From positions 420,001-452,000 of the forward strand of contig NZ_CP059199.1 in NCBI RefSeq assembly GCF_014251775.1: DNA of 32,000 nucleotides, given 5' to 3'. Shown here piece by piece: positions 1 through 9,309 of this stretch. Both the position numbers and the translations under genes were made by a program. This DNA comes from Candidatus Saccharimonadota bacterium. Its GTDB lineage: Bacteria; Bacteroidota; Bacteroidia; Flavobacteriales; Blattabacteriaceae. The notes beneath the pieces were generated by a model, which saw nothing but the letters and a program-made list of their open reading frames with translations, made no database searches and was not told the origin of the DNA. Numbering within the stretch: the first letter of the stretch is position 1; the number at the start of each line of letters is the position of its first letter.

Positions 1-107
1 TAATTTATAGTTTCTGGTTTTAATACCTCTCCATAAGATTCTTTTAATACTAATTCTGGAGATGCTAAACGAATTTTTATTTTACTAAACTTACTTCTTT
101 TATTCAT
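1..107 (-). CDS. rpoC: DNA-directed RNA polymerase subunit beta' (5' end only; gene runs off the window start)
   Basis: Absent from the ORF track because it is open at the window edge. Reverse complement from the ATG (complement of 105-107) reads MNKRSKFSKIKIRLASPELVLKESYGEVLKPETIN, the conserved RpoC N-terminus (..ASPE....GEV.KPETIN). It starts 12 nt downstream of the rpoB stop, the canonical rpoB-rpoC order. Confidence 0.85.
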   Translation of the reverse strand, partial: MNKRSKFSKIKIRLASPELVLKESYGEVLKPETIN

Positions 108-119
108 AATACAATACAT

Positions 120-3100
120 CTATTCTTCTAAGCTGATATCTAATCCTAATCCTTTTAATTCATAACATAAAACATTAAATGATTCAGGATTATTAGGTTC
201 TGGCATTTCTATTCCTTTGACTATAGCTTCATAAGTTTTTGCTCTTCCTATAACATCGTCTGATTTAACAGTTAATATTTCACGTAAAATATTTGATGCT
301 CCAAATGCTTCTAATGCCCAAACCTCCATTTCTCCAAATCTTTGTCCACCAAATTGTGATTTTCCACCTAAAGGTTGTTGAGTAATTAATGAATAAGGAC
401 CAATAGATCTAGAATGCATTTTATCATCTACCATATGTCCTAATTTTAACATATATATTATACCAACAGTAGCAGATTGATCAAATCTTTCACCAGTTTC
501 TCCATCAAATAAATAAGTAGTTCCAAATTTCGGAATTTTAGCTTTATCTGTGTATTCACATATTTTATCTAATGTTGCACCATCAAATATAGGAGTAGAA
601 AATTTTATTCCTAATTTTTGACCAGTCCATCCTAAAACTGTTTCATATATTTGTCCAATATTCATTCTAGATGGTACCCCTAAAGGATTTAAAACAATAT
701 CTACTGGTTCACCATTTTCTAAAAATGGCATATCCTCTAATCTTAGTATTCTTGCTACTACTCCTTTATTTCCATGTCTACCAGCCATTTTATCTCCGAC
801 TTTCAACTTTCTTTTTTTTGCGACATATACTTTTGCCATTTTAACAATACCAGATGGTAATTCATCTCCAATTGTAATTGAAAATTTTTTATGTTTAAAT
901 TCACTATCTAATTTACTTATTGATATTTTATAATTATGTAATAATTCTGAAACTAATGAATTAGTATTAACATCATCAGTCCAATCTTCATAAGAAATAT
1001 CTATATAATCTGATATTCCATTTAATAGTTTTCTATCAAAATTATCTCCTTTATAGATAATTTCTTTATGACTTCTATTATTAGAAACGGTTTTAAAACA
1101 AACTTTATTAGTTAAAACTATTTCTAATTTTTTTAATAATTCATCTCTTTTTAAAGAAAACTTATTTTTATAAAATTTTTCTAAATCTTTAACCAAAATT
1201 TTATCTTTCTCTCTAGAAGATTTATTTTTAATATTTCTAGTAAAAAGTTTAGTATCTATTACTACACCAAATAAAGATGGATCTGCTCTTAAAGAAGTAT
1301 CTTTTACATTTCCAGCTTTATCTCCAAAAATTGCTCTAAGTAATTTTTCTTCCGGAGTTGGATCGGATTCTCCTTTTGGAGTTATTTTTCCTATTAATAT
1401 ATCTCCAGGTTTTACTTCGGATCCAACCATAATAATTCCATTTTTATCTAAATTTTTAGTAGATTCTTCACTAACATTTGGAATATCATTAGTCAATTCT
1501 TCCATTCCTAATTTAGTATCACGAACTTCCAAAGAATATTCATCTATGTGAATAGATGTAAACCAATCTTCGCTAACCACTTTTTCAGAAATTAACACAG
1601 CATCTTCAAAATTATATCCATTGCAAGGAATAAATGCAACTTTTAAATTTCTTCCTAAAGCTAATTCTCCATTTTCTGTAGCATATCCTTCACATAAAAT
1701 TTGTCCTTTTTTTACTCTCATACCTTTTTTTACAATCGGTTTTAGATTAATACATGTATTCTGATTAGTCTTTCTAAATTTAATTAAATTATAAACTCTA
1801 ATATTAGAATCAAAATTGACAAATTCTTCTTCTTTGGTTCTATCGTAATGAATAATTATTTTTTTTGCATCCATATATTTTACTATTCCATCTTTCTCAG
1901 CATTTATTAAAATTCTTGAATCCATTGCTACATGTTTTTCTAATCCAGTTCCAACAATAGGAGTTTCTGGATTCAATAAAGGAACTGCTTGACGCATCAT
2001 ATTAGACCCCATAAGTGCTCTATTAGCGTCATCATGTTCTAAAAATGGAATAAGAGAAGCAGATATAGATGCTATTTGATTAGGTGCAACATCAATATAA
2101 TGAACTTTATTATTATTTACAATGGGAAAATCACTAGCTTCTCTAGCTATGATTCTATTAGATAAAAAATTTCCAAAATTATCTACAGAATTAGATTGAG
2201 CTATAATTTTACCTTCTTCTTCTTCTGCACTTAAATAATCCACTGGATATTTAAAATTAACCTTATTATTTCTTACTTTTCGATAAGGAGTTTCTACAAA
2301 TCCCATATTATTTATTTTTGCGAATACAGAAAGTGAAGATATTAATCCTATATTAGGACCTTCAGGTGTCTCTATAGGACATAATCTACCATAATGAGAA
2401 TAATTAACATCTCTTACTTCAAATCCAGCTCTTTCTCTTGATAAACCACCTGGACCTAATGCAGATAATCTTCTTTTATGAGTAATTTCAGAAAGTGGAT
2501 TAGTCTGATCCATAAATTGAGATAATTGACTAGTTCCAAAAAATGTATTGATTACTGAAGATAATGTTTTGGAATTAATTAAATCAACGGGCATAAACAC
2601 TTCGTTATCTCGAACATTCATTCTCTCTCTTATAGTTCTTGCCATTCTAGATAATCCAATACTAAATTGAGTATATAATTGTTCTCCAACTGTTCTAACT
2701 CTTCTATTAGATAAATGGTCAATATCATCAACTTCTTTTTTTGAATTAAATAAAGCATTTAAATGTTCTATTATTGCTATAATATCTTGTTTTGTTAATA
2801 CTAAATGATCAGGATCTATTTTTAATCCTAATCGTTTATTTAGACGATATCGTCCCACAGGACCTAAACTATATCTAGTATCAGAAAAAAATAATTTATC
2901 TATTACTCCTCTAGCTGTTTCTTCATCAGGTGGCTCAGTATTTCTAAGTTGTCTATATATGTATTCAACTGCTTCTTTTTCAGAATTTGTTGGATCTTTA
3001 TGCAGAGTATTATAAATAATAGAATAATCTTTTTTTTCTCCATTTTTCTTATGAACTAAAATAGTTTTTATATCATTATTCTTTATAAGATCTATATGTT

Positions 3101-3947
3101 CTTGTGTTAATAAGACATCTCTATCTATAAGAATTTCATTTCTTTCAATAGAGACAACTTCTCCTGTATCTTCATCTACAAAATCTTCATTCCAAATTTT
3201 TAAAACTCTAGCAGCCAGAGTTCTGGATAAAATATCTACTACACTAGTATCATTTACTTCTACTTGTTCCGCTAAATTAAATATTTTTAATATATCTTTA
3301 TCTCTTTCATATCCTATAGCCCGCAATAAAGTAGTCATAGGAAGTTTCTTTTTACGATCAATATATGCGTACATTACATTATTAATATCTGTAGCAAATT
3401 CGATCCATGAACCTTTAAACGGAATAATTCTAGCCGAATAAAGTTTAGTTCCATTAGCATGATGAGATTGACCAAAAAATACTCCGGGGGATCTATGCAA
3501 TTGAGAAACAATTACCCTTTCAGTTCCATTAAAAACGAAAGAACCAGAATTTGTCATATATGGATATGTACCCAAATATACATCCTGATAAACAGTTTCA
3601 AAATCTTCATGTTCAGGATCAGTACAATATAATTTTAATCTAACCCTTATTGGAACACTATAAGTCAAACCTCTTTCAATACATTCTTCTACAGAATATC
3701 TAGGAGCATCTAAAAAATATCCTTTAAATTCTAAAACAAACGAATTTCTTGCATCAGAAATTGGAAAATTTTCTGTAAAAGCCCTGAATAAACCTTCATT
3801 TTTTCTATCTATTGGTTTTGTATCTAATTGAAAAAACTCTTTGAATGATTTAATTTGAATATCTAAAAAATCTGGATATTCAATACTCCTTTTTACTGAT
3901 GAAAAATTAATTCTTTCTACTAAAATTTTATTGGTATTCACTAACAA
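120..3947 (-). CDS. rpoB: DNA-directed RNA polymerase subunit beta
   Basis: 1275-aa ORF with unmistakable RpoB blocks ([57 protein letters not shown]). Sits in conserved rplL-rpoB-rpoC context. Confidence 0.99.
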   Translation of the reverse strand: MLVNTNKILVERINFSSVKRSIEYPDFLDIQIKSFKEFFQLDTKPIDRKNEGLFRAFTENFPISDARNSFVLEFKGYFLDAPRYSVEECIERGLTYSVPIRVRLKLYCTDPEHEDFETVYQDVYLGTYPYMTNSGSFVFNGTERVIVSQLHRSPGVFFGQSHHANGTKLYSARIIPFKGSWIEFATDINNVMYAYIDRKKKLPMTTLLRAIGYERDKDILKIFNLAEQVEVNDTSVVDILSRTLAARVLKIWNEDFVDEDTGEVVSIERNEILIDRDVLLTQEHIDLIKNNDIKTILVHKKNGEKKDYSIIYNTLHKDPTNSEKEAVEYIYRQLRNTEPPDEETARGVIDKLFFSDTRYSLGPVGRYRLNKRLGLKIDPDHLVLTKQDIIAIIEHLNALFNSKKEVDDIDHLSNRRVRTVGEQLYTQFSIGLSRMARTIRERMNVRDNEVFMPVDLINSKTLSSVINTFFGTSQLSQFMDQTNPLSEITHKRRLSALGPGGLSRERAGFEVRDVNYSHYGRLCPIETPEGPNIGLISSLSVFAKINNMGFVETPYRKVRNNKVNFKYPVDYLSAEEEEGKIIAQSNSVDNFGNFLSNRIIAREASDFPIVNNNKVHYIDVAPNQIASISASLIPFLEHDDANRALMGSNMMRQAVPLLNPETPIVGTGLEKHVAMDSRILINAEKDGIVKYMDAKKIIIHYDRTKEEEFVNFDSNIRVYNLIKFRKTNQNTCINLKPIVKKGMRVKKGQILCEGYATENGELALGRNLKVAFIPCNGYNFEDAVLISEKVVSEDWFTSIHIDEYSLEVRDTKLGMEELTNDIPNVSEESTKNLDKNGIIMVGSEVKPGDILIGKITPKGESDPTPEEKLLRAIFGDKAGNVKDTSLRADPSLFGVVIDTKLFTRNIKNKSSREKDKILVKDLEKFYKNKFSLKRDELLKKLEIVLTNKVCFKTVSNNRSHKEIIYKGDNFDRKLLNGISDYIDISYEDWTDDVNTNSLVSELLHNYKISISKLDSEFKHKKFSITIGDELPSGIVKMAKVYVAKKRKLKVGDKMAGRHGNKGVVARILRLEDMPFLENGEPVDIVLNPLGVPSRMNIGQIYETVLGWTGQKLGIKFSTPIFDGATLDKICEYTDKAKIPKFGTTYLFDGETGERFDQSATVGIIYMLKLGHMVDDKMHSRSIGPYSLITQQPLGGKSQFGGQRFGEMEVWALEAFGASNILREILTVKSDDVIGRAKTYEAIVKGIEMPEPNNPESFNVLCYELKGLGLDISLEE

Positions 3948-3966
3948 AAAAATATTTTATATATTT

Positions 3967-4338
3967 TTATTTTAATTCAATTTCAGCACCGATTTTTTCA
4001 AATTTATTTTTTAAATCTTCAGCTTCTTTTTTATCAACAGATTCTTTGATTGTACTAGGTACACTATCTACTAAATCTTTAGAATCTTTTAATCCCTTTC
4101 CAGTAACTTCTTTAACAAGTTTCACAACAGATAACTTAGAATTTCCAGATTTTTTTAAAATAATATTAAAAATATTTTTTTGTTCACTTTCAATATTTTC
4201 TTCTTTTTTATTTACATTATTCGAATTTTCTGCTAAAATTTTTGGATTTATACCATATTTATCTTTTAAAAGATTTGTTAATTCATTCACCTGTTTAACG
4301 GTTAAATTAACTAATTGTTCTGCTAATTTTTCTATCAT
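3967..4338 (-). CDS. rplL: 50S ribosomal protein L7/L12
   Basis: 123 aa. N-terminal dimerisation helix, flexible linker and C-terminal KLVKEVTGKGLKDSKDLVD...EAEDLKNKFEKIGAEIELK, typical of L7/L12. Lies between rplJ and rpoB. Confidence 0.97.
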   Translation of the reverse strand: MIEKLAEQLVNLTVKQVNELTNLLKDKYGINPKILAENSNNVNKKEENIESEQKNIFNIILKKSGNSKLSVVKLVKEVTGKGLKDSKDLVDSVPSTIKESVDKKEAEDLKNKFEKIGAEIELK

Positions 4339-4367
4339 TTTAAAATAAATTTTTTAATGTTAACCTA

Positions 4368-4919
4368 TTATTTATTAATTGATTTTTTTATATGATTATT
4401 TGATATATAATTTAAAATATTAAATATATTATTAAATTCTTGCGAAAATGAAAATATAATTTCCTTAATTGGATATTGAAGAATTAATAAAATATCAATA
4501 ATTAAATCTTCTTTTGATTTAAAATTAATAATTAAATCTAGACCTTTATTTCCAAAATAAAATAATTCTTGAAAATAAGCTGCTTTTAAAATAGGTCTTT
4601 CAATTTTTTCTTGATTATGAAATTTTTTAATAATTTGAGATATTATTTTTCCTTTATTTGAAAAAACAATACTACTATTTCCATTTAAAAATGGAATAAA
4701 AGAATTTAATTTTTTATTTTTTCTTATAGAAATTTTTAATAATGAATTTTTCACTACTTTCATTCTAATATTATTCTTATAAAAATTTTTTCTTAAAAAA
4801 GAAATTTGATTAGAATCTAAATTAGATATATTAATTAAATATACTGATTCATTATTAGATAATATAGAAGTTAACTCGGATAATTCTTTACAATTTTTTT
4901 GTTTTCTATTTATCTTCAT
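4368..4919 (-). CDS. rplJ: 50S ribosomal protein L10
   Basis: 183 aa with L10-like N-terminal region (..LRKNFYKNNIRMKVVKNSL..). Position between rplA and rplL. Start overlaps the rplA 3' end by 14 nt. Confidence 0.92.
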   Translation of the reverse strand: MKINRKQKNCKELSELTSILSNNESVYLINISNLDSNQISFLRKNFYKNNIRMKVVKNSLLKISIRKNKKLNSFIPFLNGNSSIVFSNKGKIISQIIKKFHNQEKIERPILKAAYFQELFYFGNKGLDLIINFKSKEDLIIDILLILQYPIKEIIFSFSQEFNNIFNILNYISNNHIKKSINK

Positions 4920-5628
4920 AAAACAATTTTTTTAAATCTAACTGAACACTACAACTCATAGTTGTAGACAAATAAATACTATTTATATTTATATACTTAC
5001 TTCTCTTAAAAAATGAAGGATTAAGACGAGTTACCTCTTTTACAAAAATAATTATATTTTCATATAAATATTTTTCAGAAAATGATACTTTTCCTATCGG
5101 AAAATTAATAACTCCATAACGATCTACTTTAAATACCAATTTTCCTGATTTTATATCTTTTATACATTTTTCTGGATTATCTGACATAGTTCCAACTTTA
5201 GGATTTGGCATCAAACCTTTCACTCCTAAAAATTTAGAAATTGGCGTCAATTCTTTCATTACTGTAGGCATTGAAATAACAAAATTAATAGCATCATCCC
5301 ACCAACCATTTTTTATTTTTTCAATAAAATTTAATCCAATATAATTAGCACCCAATTCTTGGGATATAGATTCTTTATCTTTTGATACTAAAGATAGTAT
5401 ACAATGTTTTTTTCCATTTCCATTAGGTAATTTAACAATACCTTTGATTGATTGATTTTGATTCTTAGTACTCATACTTAAATTAATTGATATATCAATA
5501 GATTCATCAAATTTTGTAAAACTTATTTTTTTAAGAATTGACAAACATTTTTTCAATGGATATTTTTCTTTTAAATTTGAAAGATTACTAAGAATTTTCT
5601 TTCTATTTTTAGTTATTTTTTTTGACAT
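4906..5628 (-). CDS. rplA: 50S ribosomal protein L1
   Basis: The ORF track gives 4906..5646 (246 aa). The L1-like N-terminus MSKKITKNRKK...TKFDESIDISINL begins at Met7, so I place the start at 5628, with 5646 as an alternative. Either start overlaps the rplK 3' end. Confidence 0.92.
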   Translation of the reverse strand: MSKKITKNRKKILSNLSNLKEKYPLKKCLSILKKISFTKFDESIDISINLSMSTKNQNQSIKGIVKLPNGNGKKHCILSLVSKDKESISQELGANYIGLNFIEKIKNGWWDDAINFVISMPTVMKELTPISKFLGVKGLMPNPKVGTMSDNPEKCIKDIKSGKLVFKVDRYGVINFPIGKVSFSEKYLYENIIIFVKEVTRLNPSFFKRSKYININSIYLSTTMSCSVQLDLKKLFYEDK

Positions 5629-6064
5629 TTTTCTTTGAAAAATCAATTTCTATTCCCATAGATTTAGCAGTTCCACAAATCATAGATACTGCAGCATCAA
5701 TAGAAGAACAATTTAAATCATTCATTTTACTTTTAGCTATTGATAAAACATCATCTAAATTAATTTTCCCCATTTTAATCCGATTAGATTCTTTAGATCC
5801 TTTTTCAATTCCAATAGTATTTAATAATAATAAAGATACTGGAGGTTTTTTTATAATAAAAGAAAATGATTTATCTTCATATACACTTATTATGACTGGA
5901 CAAGATTTTCCTAAACTATTTCTAGTTTCCTCATTAAATTTTTTGCAAAATTCCATTATATTTACCCCAGAACTACCTAATATTGGCCCAATTGGAGGAG
6001 CTGGAGTAGCTTTTCCACCCATTATTTTTTGAATTTTAATTTTTTTTATAATTTTTTTTCCCAT
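5609..6064 (-). CDS. rplK: 50S ribosomal protein L11
   Basis: 151 aa. Conserved L11 N-terminal motif GGKATPAPPIGPILG..GVNIMEFCKKFN. Follows nusG. Confidence 0.96.
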   Translation of the reverse strand: MGKKIIKKIKIQKIMGGKATPAPPIGPILGSSGVNIMEFCKKFNEETRNSLGKSCPVIISVYEDKSFSFIIKKPPVSLLLLNTIGIEKGSKESNRIKMGKINLDDVLSIAKSKMNDLNCSSIDAAVSMICGTAKSMGIEIDFSKKNVKKNN

Positions 6065-6071
6065 TTCATAT

Positions 6072-6629
6072 CTATATTTTTTCTATTTGCGTAAAATTTA
6101 ATTCTAATGGTGTTTTTCTACCAAATATTAAAACAGCTAATTCTAATTTTCTTTTTTCTTCATTAATTTTTTCAATTGTTCCATTAAATCCACTAAAAGG
6201 ACCATCAATAACTTTTATTGTTTCTCCTATTACAAAAGGAACTTCTATATTATTTTCAAATTCTTCTAAAGAATTTTCTATTTTTCCTAAAATTTTACTT
6301 ATTTCATTTTTTCTCATAGGTACAGGATTAGATTTACTTCCTTTACCTTCTCCTAAAAATGTAATAACACCTGGAACATTTCTAATTGCATATAATGCCT
6401 CACCTTCCAAATTAGCTTCTATCATTACATATCCTGGATAATATACTTTATCTTTATAAATTTTTTTACCATTTTTTATTTGAATAATTTTTTCAGTAGG
6501 TACTAAAATATCTCCTATTTCTTTTTCCAATCCATTATTTTTGACTTCATTTTCAATGTATAATTTTATCTTATTTTCTCTTCCACTAATAGTTTTGATC
6601 ACATACCATTTTTTTTCTAAATTATTCAT
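6072..6629 (-). CDS. nusG: transcription termination/antitermination factor NusG
   Basis: 185 aa. NGN domain (KWYVIKTISGRENK...PGYVMIEA) plus C-terminal KOW (GETIKVIDGPFSGFNGTIEKI). Conserved secE-nusG-rplK order. Confidence 0.95.
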   Translation of the reverse strand: MNNLEKKWYVIKTISGRENKIKLYIENEVKNNGLEKEIGDILVPTEKIIQIKNGKKIYKDKVYYPGYVMIEANLEGEALYAIRNVPGVITFLGEGKGSKSNPVPMRKNEISKILGKIENSLEEFENNIEVPFVIGETIKVIDGPFSGFNGTIEKINEEKRKLELAVLIFGRKTPLELNFTQIEKI

Positions 6630-6654
6630 ATTATATTTTTTAATATTAATATTT

Positions 6655-6843
6655 TCATATAGAAAAAATTTTCTTGATTAAAAAAATAAAAATGTTGTCT
6701 ACACTATATAAAAATATTGATAAAAATATAGAAAAAAAAAATACTAGTATTGTTAAATATTTTAAATCTCTCCATTTAGGCCAAGAAATATTATGAAAAA
6801 ATTCACTATAAATCTCTAAGAAAAAATTATTTTTTTTAATCAT
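6655..6843 (-). CDS. secE: preprotein translocase subunit SecE
   Basis: 62 aa with a single C-terminal TM helix preceded by E..KI.WP...E-like (EFFHNISWPKWRDL). Canonical position between tRNA-Trp and nusG. Confidence 0.82.
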   Translation of the reverse strand: MIKKNNFFLEIYSEFFHNISWPKWRDLKYLTILVFFFSIFLSIFLYSVDNIFIFLIKKIFSI

Positions 6844-6860
6844 TTTGTTAATTTAAAAAA

Positions 6861-6934
6861 CACGGATGGTAAGAATCGAACTTACGACCTTCGGTTTTGG
6901 AGACCGATGCTCTACCTTACTGAGCTACATCCGT
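6861..6934 (-). tRNA. tRNA-Trp (anticodon CCA)
   Basis: Hand-folded cloverleaf on the minus strand: ACGGATG-TA-GCTC-AGTAAGGTA-GAGC-A-TCGGT-CTCCAAA-ACCGA-AGGTC-GTAAG-TTCGATT-CTTAC-CATCCGT-G. Lies between tuf and secE, as in many bacteria. Confidence 0.93.
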
Positions 6935-6939
6935 AAAAA

Positions 6940-8133
6940 TTATTTATTTTTTATAATATCAGTTACTTGACCAGCACCAACAGTTTTTCCACCTTCTCTA
7001 ATTGCAAATCTTAATTGATCATTTAAAGCTACTGGTTGATGTAATTTAACATGCATGGAAACATTATCACCTGGCATTACCATTTCTACACCTTTTGGTA
7101 AATAAATTTCTCCTGTAACATCTGTAGTTCTTAAATAAAATTGAGGTCTATATTTATTATGAAATGGTGTATGTCGACCACCTTCTTCTTTTGTAAGAAT
7201 ATAGACTTCAGCTTTAAATTCTTTATAAGATTCTAATTTTCCAGGGGTTCCAATTACCATTCCTCTTCGAATATCTTTTTTTTCTATCCCACGCAATAAA
7301 AGTCCTACATTATCTCCAGCTTGTCCTCTATCTAATATTTTTCGAAACATTTCAACTCCAGTTATTGTAGAAGATAATTTTTTATCTCCCATTCCAATTA
7401 TATCTACAATATCTCCAGTATTAATTATCCCACTTTCTATTCTACCAGTGGCTACAGTGCCTCTTCCAGTTATTGTGAAAACATCTTCTATAGGCATTAA
7501 AAATGGTTTATCCATAGCTCTAACCGGATCAGGAATATATTCGTCCAATACATTCATAAGATCTTGAATTTTTTCAATCCATTTTTTTTCACCATTCAAA
7601 GCACCTAATGCTGATCCTTTAACTACAGGAATTCCATCACCATCATATTCATATTTGGTTAGCAATTCTCTGATTTCCATTTCTACCAACTCTAATAATT
7701 CATTATCATCTACTTGATCAACTTTATTTATAAAGACTACTATTTTTGGAACTCCAACTTGACGAGCTAATAAAATATGTTCTCTGGTTTGAGGCATAGG
7801 ACCATCCGTAGCAGCAACAACCAAAATAGCTCCATCCATTTGCGCTGCTCCTGTAATCATATTTTTTACATAATCTGCGTGTCCGGGACAGTCTACATGT
7901 GCATAATGTCTTTTTATAGTTTCATATTCTACATGAGAAGTATTAATGGTAATACCTCTTGCTTTTTCTTCTGGAGCATTATCAATAGCATCAAATGTTT
8001 TTTCTTCAGCTAATCCTTCCTTTGATAAAACTTTCGTGATAGCAGCGGTTAATGTAGTTTTACCATGATCTACATGACCTGTAGTACCTATATTTAAGTG
8101 TGGTTTATCTCTTTTAAATTTTTCTTTTGCCAT
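6940..8133 (-). CDS. tuf: translation elongation factor Tu
   Basis: The ORF track gives 6940..8148. The universal EF-Tu N-terminus [28 protein letters not shown] starts at Met6 (8133). A start at 8148 would leave only 1 nt to the upstream tRNA-Thr. Confidence 0.98.
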   Translation of the reverse strand: MAKEKFKRDKPHLNIGTTGHVDHGKTTLTAAITKVLSKEGLAEEKTFDAIDNAPEEKARGITINTSHVEYETIKRHYAHVDCPGHADYVKNMITGAAQMDGAILVVAATDGPMPQTREHILLARQVGVPKIVVFINKVDQVDDNELLELVEMEIRELLTKYEYDGDGIPVVKGSALGALNGEKKWIEKIQDLMNVLDEYIPDPVRAMDKPFLMPIEDVFTITGRGTVATGRIESGIINTGDIVDIIGMGDKKLSSTITGVEMFRKILDRGQAGDNVGLLLRGIEKKDIRRGMVIGTPGKLESYKEFKAEVYILTKEEGGRHTPFHNKYRPQFYLRTTDVTGEIYLPKGVEMVMPGDNVSMHVKLHQPVALNDQLRFAIREGGKTVGAGQVTDIIKNK

Positions 8134-8149
8134 TATAAATTTATTCAAA

Positions 8150-8222
<73 letters not shown>

Positions 8223-8232
8223 CGACAAATAG

Positions 8233-8305
8233 AGCGGAAGACGGGGGTCGAACCCGCGACATTCAACTTGGAAGGCTGATGCTCTACCAACTGAGCTACT
8301 TCCGC
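8233..8305 (-). tRNA. tRNA-Gly (anticodon TCC)
   Basis: Minus-strand cloverleaf: GCGGAAG-TA-GCTC-AGTTGGTA-GAGC-A-TCAGC-CTTCCAA-GTTGA-ATGTC-GCGGG-TTCGACC-CCCGT-CTTCCGC-T. 73 nt. Confidence 0.92.
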
Positions 8306-8323
8306 ATAAATAATTTTGTTTTG

Positions 8324-8407
8324 TGGGGAGAGCAGGATTCGAACCTGCGAAGGCAATGCCAACAGATTTACAGTCTGTCCTCGTTAACCAAACTTGAGTA
8401 TCTCCCC
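8324..8407 (-). tRNA. tRNA-Tyr (anticodon GTA), long variable arm
   Basis: Minus strand: GGGGAGA-TA-CTC..GAG, anticodon arm ACAGA-CTGTAAA-TCTGT, variable arm GGCATTGCCTTC, T arm GCAGG-TTCGAAT-CCTGC, acceptor TCTCCCC-A. 84 nt. Confidence 0.92.
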
Positions 8408-8444
8408 AGAGAGTGTAATTAATTCATTAAAAAATTCCTTAATA

Positions 8445-8517
8445 AGCCGGTGGAGGGGATCGAACCCACGACCCCGAGATTACAAATCACGTGCTCTACC
8501 AACTGAGCTACACCGGC
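8445..8517 (-). tRNA. tRNA-Thr (anticodon TGT)
   Basis: Minus strand: GCCGGTG-TA-GCTC-AGTTGGTA-GAGC-A-CGTGA-TTTGTAA-TCTCG-GGGTC-GTGGG-TTCGATC-CCCTC-CACCGGC-T, with one U-U mismatch in the anticodon stem. It is the first member of the conserved Thr-Tyr-Gly-Thr-tuf cluster. Confidence 0.9.
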
Positions 8518-8529
8518 TAGAAAAAATTA

Positions 8530-8556
8530 TAAAGATTTTCATTATGAAAATCTTTA
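8530..8556 (-). terminator. perfect 27-nt palindrome/hairpin (possible lspA terminator, processing site or operator)
   Basis: TAAAGATTTTCAT-T-ATGAAAATCTTTA, with 13-bp arms checked base by base. On the minus strand it is followed by TAATTTTTT. It lies 71 nt after the lspA stop and 12 nt before the 5' end of tRNA-Thr(TGT). Function is not established. Confidence 0.3.
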
Positions 8557-8627
8557 ATACGCAAATCTATAGAGATTTTTATAATTCTCAAAAAAAATAA
8601 ATAATCATGTAAGAAAAAATTAATTGC

Positions 8628-9257
8628 TTAATATTGATTGATTTTATTTCTAAAAAAAAATAGAAGAATAATTCCAATAAATATAAAAATATCTGATAAA
8701 TTAAAAATAGGTTGAAAAAATTGAAAATTAAATTCACTAACAATAGGGATCCATTTTGGAAATGAAAAATTTATTAATGGAAAATAAAACATATCAACAA
8801 TACATCCTTCCATAAAATGAGAATATCCTTTTTTAAAGGAAAAATCTATAGTGGATATCCCCGAATAAAAAATCCAATTATGAAATTTTTTATTATAAAC
8901 AGTACCGCTATTAAATAATAAACCATATAAAGCGTTATCCAAAAAATTACTTATAGAACCAGATAAAATAAAATCTATTGGAATAATTATATAATTAGTA
9001 ACATTTTTTCTTATGTTATTGATATGAAAAATTGAAATTATTATAATTAAAATTACTTTAATAATGCTTAATATTATCTTTCCATAAGATTTATTAATAA
9101 AAAAACCATAAGCTATTCCAGGATTTTCTATAAAATTTATTCTAAAAAATGAAAATATATAGAATTCATCCCCTAATCTAAAATGAGTTTTTACATAAAT
9201 TTTAAGAAGTTGATCCAATACAATAATTGGTAAAATTATAAAAAAACTTCTTTTCAA
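8628..9257 (-). CDS. lspA: lipoprotein signal peptidase (signal peptidase II)
   Basis: 209-aa polytopic membrane protein. LspA-like blocks (VLDQLLK.YV, IENPGIAYGF, ISGSISNFLD, VDMFYF). Conserved ileS-lspA adjacency. Confidence 0.9.
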   Translation of the reverse strand: MKRSFFIILPIIVLDQLLKIYVKTHFRLGDEFYIFSFFRINFIENPGIAYGFFINKSYGKIILSIIKVILIIIISIFHINNIRKNVTNYIIIPIDFILSGSISNFLDNALYGLLFNSGTVYNKKFHNWIFYSGISTIDFSFKKGYSHFMEGCIVDMFYFPLINFSFPKWIPIVSEFNFQFFQPIFNLSDIFIFIGIILLFFFRNKINQY

Positions 9258-9309
9258 GTATCTTATTTTTTTCTAAATTAATTTCTAGATTTAGAATAAA
9301 ATTTTTATT

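Noticed and set aside
4046-4348. 100-aa plus-strand ORF antisense to rplL. The same class of ORF occurs at 5622..6032, 7777..8013, 9623..9805, 20002..20325, 23503..23730 and 30535..30720.
   Set aside because: Each lies entirely inside a confidently identified, conserved gene on the opposite strand. Their products are low-complexity F/I/L/S-rich strings with no recognisable motifs. They are classic shadow ORFs.
8134-8148. Five extra N-terminal codons (MNKFI) on the tuf ORF. Similarly, six extra codons (MIFQRK, 5629-5646) on rplA.
   Set aside because: The universal EF-Tu N-terminus begins at MAKEKF, and the L1-like N-terminus begins at MSKKITK. The upstream ATG of tuf would leave 1 nt to the adjacent tRNA. 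I treated both as ORF-caller extensions, not as novel N-termini.
8394-8600. 68-aa plus-strand ORF (MSISPESVINSLKN...RWRGSNPRPRDYKSRALPTELHRLEK...).
   Set aside because: It reads straight through the complement of tRNA-Tyr and tRNA-Thr(TGT). The GC-rich tRNA sequence simply lacks stops, so it is not a gene.
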